Of a DNA stretch of 35,039 nucleotides, positions 29,992 to 35,039 are shown in pieces (position 1 is the first letter of the stretch; the number at the start of each line of letters is the position of its first letter). Source of the stretch: Piromyces finnis finn (lineage: Eukaryota > Fungi > Neocallimastigomycota); the NCBI GenBank assembly GCA_002104945.1, contig MCFH01000125.1, positions 1 through 35,039 of the forward strand. The letters run 5' to 3'. The translations under genes were made by a program, and so were the position numbers. The notes below the pieces were generated by a model, which did not search any database, was not told the DNA's origin, and saw nothing but the letters and a program-made list of their open reading frames with translations.

Positions 29992-32900
29992 CTAATGTGA
30001 ATTATTAAAGTTTTTAATTAGTTCATCGCAGTTTAAATTACTTTCAGGTTCCCAAGATGCTTCTGAAAGCGGATAACCTTTCCATTTTATTAGATATTGA
30101 ATCTTCCCATAATGCTTTCTTTTATCAAGTATTTCTTCTACTTCGTATTCTTCTTCTTCATTTACTATTATAGGTGGAGGTGGATCTTTGATTCTTCCAA
30201 AACTATCTTCATAATACGGTTCTAGGTTTGAAACATGAACAATTGGGTAAATCTTCAGCGATTTTGGTAATTCTAATTTATAAGTGAGATTAGAGATTTT
30301 ACTAATTATCCTAAACGGGCCAAGTTTCCTAGGATTAAATTTTTTATTTCCTTTATGAATTATCAAGGAGCTATCCAACCATACTTTGTCACCAGTCTTG
30401 AATGTCGGAGGTTCTTGTCTATACTTGTCGGCATATTTCTTTTGAACTTGGATGGCCTTCTTTAAGTTTTCTTTTAGTTTCTCCATTAGGTCTTCAAAGT
30501 CTCTTGTAAACTCTTCAGCTCTTGGAACATTCGTTTGGTCAGGAATTACCGGAGAGTATTTTGGGTGATAACCATAATTTAGGAAGAATGGTGAGAATTT
30601 TGTTGAGTCTTGAACAGCATTATTGTAACTGAATTCTGCCAATGGAAGAAAGTTGATCCAGTTTGTTCCTTTATAATTAGAAAAGCATCTTAAATATTGT
30701 TCAACAACGGAGTTTACCCTCTCCGTTTGGCCATTGGATTGATGATGATATGGTGAAGAATATTTAACATTGACGTCCAAAGATTGACAAATAGATTTCC
30801 AAAATTTCGAAGTGAATTGCGCGCCTCTATCGGAAATAATTTCAGAGGGGAGACCGTGAATTTTGAAAATATAATTCAAAAAAGCAAAAGCAGTATCAGA
30901 AGCAGAAGGAATACCTTTAAAGGGAATGAGGTGGCACATTTTAGTAAGGCGGTCAACTACAACAAGAATAGTGTTAAATCCATCCGAAGGAGGGAGGTCA
31001 GTAATGAAATCCATAGAAATAGAAGCCCAAGGATGGTCACTAATCTCAAGGGGTTGAAGTAAACCATATGGTTTATGACGAGAAGGCTTGGAGCGGCAAC
31101 AAATCTCGCAAGATCGGATATAATTCTTAACATCAATAGAAATGGATGGCCACCAAAAGTCACGAGAGATCAAAGAAATAGTTTTGCGGATACCAAAATG
31201 ACCGGCAGAGGGGGAATCATGACAGAGTTTCAAAACGGAGGGACGGCATTTTAAAGGGACATAGATTCTACTATCAAAAAGAAGAAAACTATTACTAAGG
31301 GAGAATTTATTACTTTGTGGATGTGGAGCTGGGAGATTCTTATTTTCAAGAAAATTGCAAATGTCAATGTAAAAAGAGTCGTTCACATATTCAGATAATA
31401 TTTCATCATTAAGAGAAGAAATGGAACAAATCAAAGCGCAGAAATTCTCAGGGCGTAAAACCGAAAAAGGAGCATCAGAAGGAAGAGAGGAATCTATATA
31501 ATCAGGTCTTCGTGAAAGCGCATCAGGTTTACCATTTGATGAACCAGAGCGGTAGAGAATTTTAAAGTTAAATTCGGAAAGGAAAAGGGCCCAACGAACG
31601 AGACGTTGTGACATTTTTTCCGGTTTCTTTTGATATAGTAAGTTTCGATGATCTGAATAAATAGTAAACGGGGTTAAAGCACCTTTGAGAAAATGTCGCC
31701 AAGTCTCAAGAGCATTAACAATAGCTAAAAGTTCTTTATCGTATATAGGATAGTTTCTTTCAGCGGAAGTAAGAGATCTTGAATAGAAAGCGACAGGATG
31801 GATCATTTTATCATCAGGAGATTTTTGAGACAGAACTGCTCCTATAGCAAAGTTGCTAGAGTCGGTTTCAACAATAAAGGGAAGATCACGATTTGGGTGA
31901 GACAGGATGGGAGCAGATGAAATTAATGATTTAATGGTATTAAATGCATCAAGAGCTTCAGAGGAAAAATCAAATTTAACGTTTTTACGAAGTAGTCTGT
32001 GAAGGGGTTGTGCAACTTTGGCAAAATTAGGAATAAACCGACGATAGTAGTTGGCTAGGCCAATAAAAGATTGAACTTCCTTGACACTGGACGGAACTGG
32101 CCAATTAATAATAGCAGAAACTTTATTGGGTCCATATGTATACCTTCAGAGGATATCCGATGACCAAGGAAATCAATAGAGGAAACAAAGAATTCACACT
32201 TTTCAAGCTTAGCATAAAGACCAGCATTTCTTAAGCGATCCAGGACTTCGATAACGTGCTTAATGTGGGATTTATGGTTTTCAGAAAAAATAATTAAATC
32301 GTCAATATATGAATAAACAAAAATCCCTAGAATATTTTCCAGAACATCATTGATAAAATGCTGAAAAACAGCCGGGGCGTTTTTCAGTCCGAATGGCATT
32401 ACCAGGTATTCAAAGTGGCCGAATTTGCAGGTGAAAGCTGTTTTATATTCATCACCCTTTTTGATTCGGACCAAATTATATGCTGATCGTAAATCCAATT
32501 TTGAGAAGATTTTCGCTTTACCAAGATGCTCTAGCATATCTTGAATCAGAGGTAGAGGATAGGAATCTCTAATGGTAATTTTGTTGAGTTCCCTATAATC
32601 TTGACAAAGACGGAGTTCACCATTCTTTTTAGGAACGAAAAGTACAGGCGCACCAGCAGGAGATTTGGATTTCCTAATGAAACCCTTTTTGAGGTTTTCA
32701 TCGATATAATCCTTCAAAACTCTTGTTTCTTCGTCTGTTAGTGGGTAGATTGGTCCATAAAATAGCTTGGCATTTTCGATTAGGTTTATTTGGCAATCAT
32801 AAGGACGATGAGGTGGTAATTGATCAGCAGAAGATTCGCTAAAGACGTCCATATATGATTCTAATTCCTTCGGAAGTTTAGTAGTAGGATTTGAGTCTTT

Positions 32901-34345
32901 AAAAGAGTTTTTTGGTGAACAAGAATCAACTTTAGAAAGAGATATATTAGAAGCCATGACAGTACAAGTCTCTTGTGATAAAGGATCGTTAACAGATTCA
33001 TTTGTTAATTAAGACAGATTTAGAACGATTTTCTTTGGGATTACGAGAATGAATAACTTAGAATTTGAAAAAGAAGATTTAGGTTGTCAATAAAAATAGG
33101 CAAAGAACGGAAGAAGAGTTATTGCAATCAGTAGAAAAAACAGAAGTTTCCTGATGGAATTCGGGAACATTCGAAGGAGAGTCATACAATGATCCAAGCA
33201 ATTGAAGAACCAAAGGATAATTTATTATTTTCAAAGTCAATACTTGGATTATGTTCCTTAAGCCAACGTAGACCTAGAATACAAGGATTACAGGTAGATC
33301 AGTAACGTAAAAGACAGTACGGCATAGGTGATCCATGTAGCGAAGATTAAGAAGTGGGTAACTCCGAACAGTTTTTGCTACCACCAATACCGAATACGTT
33401 GGGTAAATCTTCTTCATAGTGGTAGGGAATATTGTGATCGTTGCAATAGTCGACATCTATTAGATTAAGTGTAGAACCGGAGTCTATAAGAATTTTTGTG
33501 TCTAGTTCAAACGATAATTTAAAATTTGAGGTTACCCTATCTTGTTGATTTTTCTTGGAATTGGTAGATTTATTTTGTAGAGAAACTAAAGATTCGAATG
33601 CTGAGTTTTTTATTTCTTCTCTTATGACAATCTTTCAGTTGGTGTCCTGGAGATCCACAATAGACACATAAGTTTTCCTTACTTCTTCTTTCTTTTTCTT
33701 CCTTGGATAACGGACCAAAGTATCTTTTCTTCTTGGGATGTTCTTTTAGATTTGTGGAAGCCTTTTGGAGCCATTGCTGGAATTAGAACTTGGTCCCTTA
33801 GTATTTTTGTCAAAAATAATCCCCTGGTAGCAAGTCTGGAGTCTATTCTAGCTGCCAATAGTTTGGAGGGAAAACAAATCTCTTGTCCTGGGAACATCTC
33901 TAATATCTTCATTGCAACTTCTTGGTTGAGCCCAGCGATAAAGATCCATCTTAGCTTTCATTCCAGTTAGATTCATCAGAGTATTTGTTTAAATTCAAGG
34001 ATGTATCCTCTGATGCCGCCCAAACGATGTTGCTTGAGAGTACGTAGCATTTTGATTGGCTACGTAGACTGCATCATTGTTCCCGTAGAATGCCTTTAGT
34101 CTTTCCTTTGAATGCTTGGTAGTTGGTCAGACAATGGATCATGGTTGTCAATAAGGTAGCGGCCCAATTTAATGCATTTCCTAAAGGCGAGAAATCAGGT
34201 AGATAACCTTGCTCTCTTCATCTTGATATCTTTCGGGATAAAGGAGAAAAACAAGTTCTATTTTAGCTAAGAAACCTTTGAGATATTTTCTGTCTCCTGC
34301 GAAACCGTCTTTTAGTGAGGCGTTATCAAATATTTGTCCTTCCAT
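29992..34345 (-). CDS. gag-pol: Element E gag-pol, multiply frameshifted, with a canonical chromodomain
   Basis: ATG at 34345 (MEGQIFDNASLKDGFAGD), ILIDSGS near 33485, RT YIDD, integrase, and [25 protein letters not shown]. Confidence 0.93.
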
Positions 34346-34950
34346 TAAATTAAAAAAATTAATTGTTTGAAAATAAAATATGTAAATAAGATAAAGTTTA
34401 TGTTTGAAGAAATTAAGAAGAAAAAAAATTAAATCTTTATTATTATTTATTGATTAAAATATTTTAAATATAGACAAAGAGTCAAATTAAATAGTATTGG
34501 ACCATCAAATATTTAATTTTATTAGTATTCAATACTAGGTCCTTGTAGCTCTTTGTTGATAACGTAGATATTATCAATTGTTAATATTGGAAATGAAAAT
34601 TTTCAATAAAAGGAATTAACGGTATTAGTTTCTTTATTGTCACTTACTTAATTAAGCGGGAAAGAAAAAAAATAGGTTTAATTCCCCGATTATTAATAAT
34701 ATCTAAACAACAAAGTATTACGTATAGGTGTCCAACTATCCACGCTAAGGGAGTATTGAATCCTAACTTCTTTGTTATTTTAATATTTTTTCAAAAATAA
34801 TAAATAAAATTTAATTTTATTTATTAAAAGTAGAAAACGTTTTATTAGAAAATGAATTTTTTCTTTATTATTAAATTAAGCGTCCTGGCGCTCCCCTTAT
34901 AATAACTGTGGGTTTTACTTTTGTTTTCAGTACCTTATTGTTAAAATAAG

Positions 34951-35024
34951 CTTCACTGACTTACTTAATTTTTAATAAATTAAACTCTTCACTGACTTAC
35001 TTAATTTTTTAATTAAATTAAAAT
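34951..35024. repeat. ~36-bp tandem duplication, possibly part of the E 5' UTR
   Basis: CTTCACTGACTTACTTAATTTTT occurs twice (34951 and 34987). Confidence 0.75.
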
Positions 35025-35039
35025 TCTTCCTTTTTTAAA

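Larger units (their letters stand above)
29342..35039 (-). mobile_element. Element E: chromovirus related to A and C; 5' LTR not within the window
   Basis: 3' LTR 29342-29750, PPT 29751-29762, gag-pol 29992-34345. Confidence 0.9.

Overview
Very AT-rich eukaryotic DNA, most likely from an anaerobic gut fungus (Neocallimastigomycota; inferred from the near-pure A/T intergenic DNA and SKTLP-type Thr/Asn linker repeats). The left end holds one host gene (a secreted Asn/Thr-repeat protein with a C-terminal 6-Cys module) and an initiator tRNA-Met gene. Everything from 2092 to the end is a nest of Ty3/Gypsy LTR retrotransposons, labelled here A-F. Reconstructed nesting: A and B sit inside an older element F; E sits in D, which sits in the 5' LTR of C. 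A solo LTR of D lies 12 bp upstream of the tRNA. Main observations: (1) the LTRs of C and E, and the 3' UTR of A, carry tRNA-type Pol III A/B boxes at tRNA spacing (44-45 nt). (2) Both D-family insertions lie at nearly the same distance and orientation upstream of such a promoter, once at the real tRNA and once at the tRNA-like promoter in C's LTR. (3) Four families (A-D) each have their own 10-11 nt PBS that is complementary to their own LTR, the Tf1-type self-priming signature. (4) F appears tRNA-Ala primed and has a UUUAAAC plus pseudoknot -1 frameshift signal. Many frameshifts fall in homopolymers and may be long-read errors. All coordinates and pairings were read by eye; no alignments or database searches were run.
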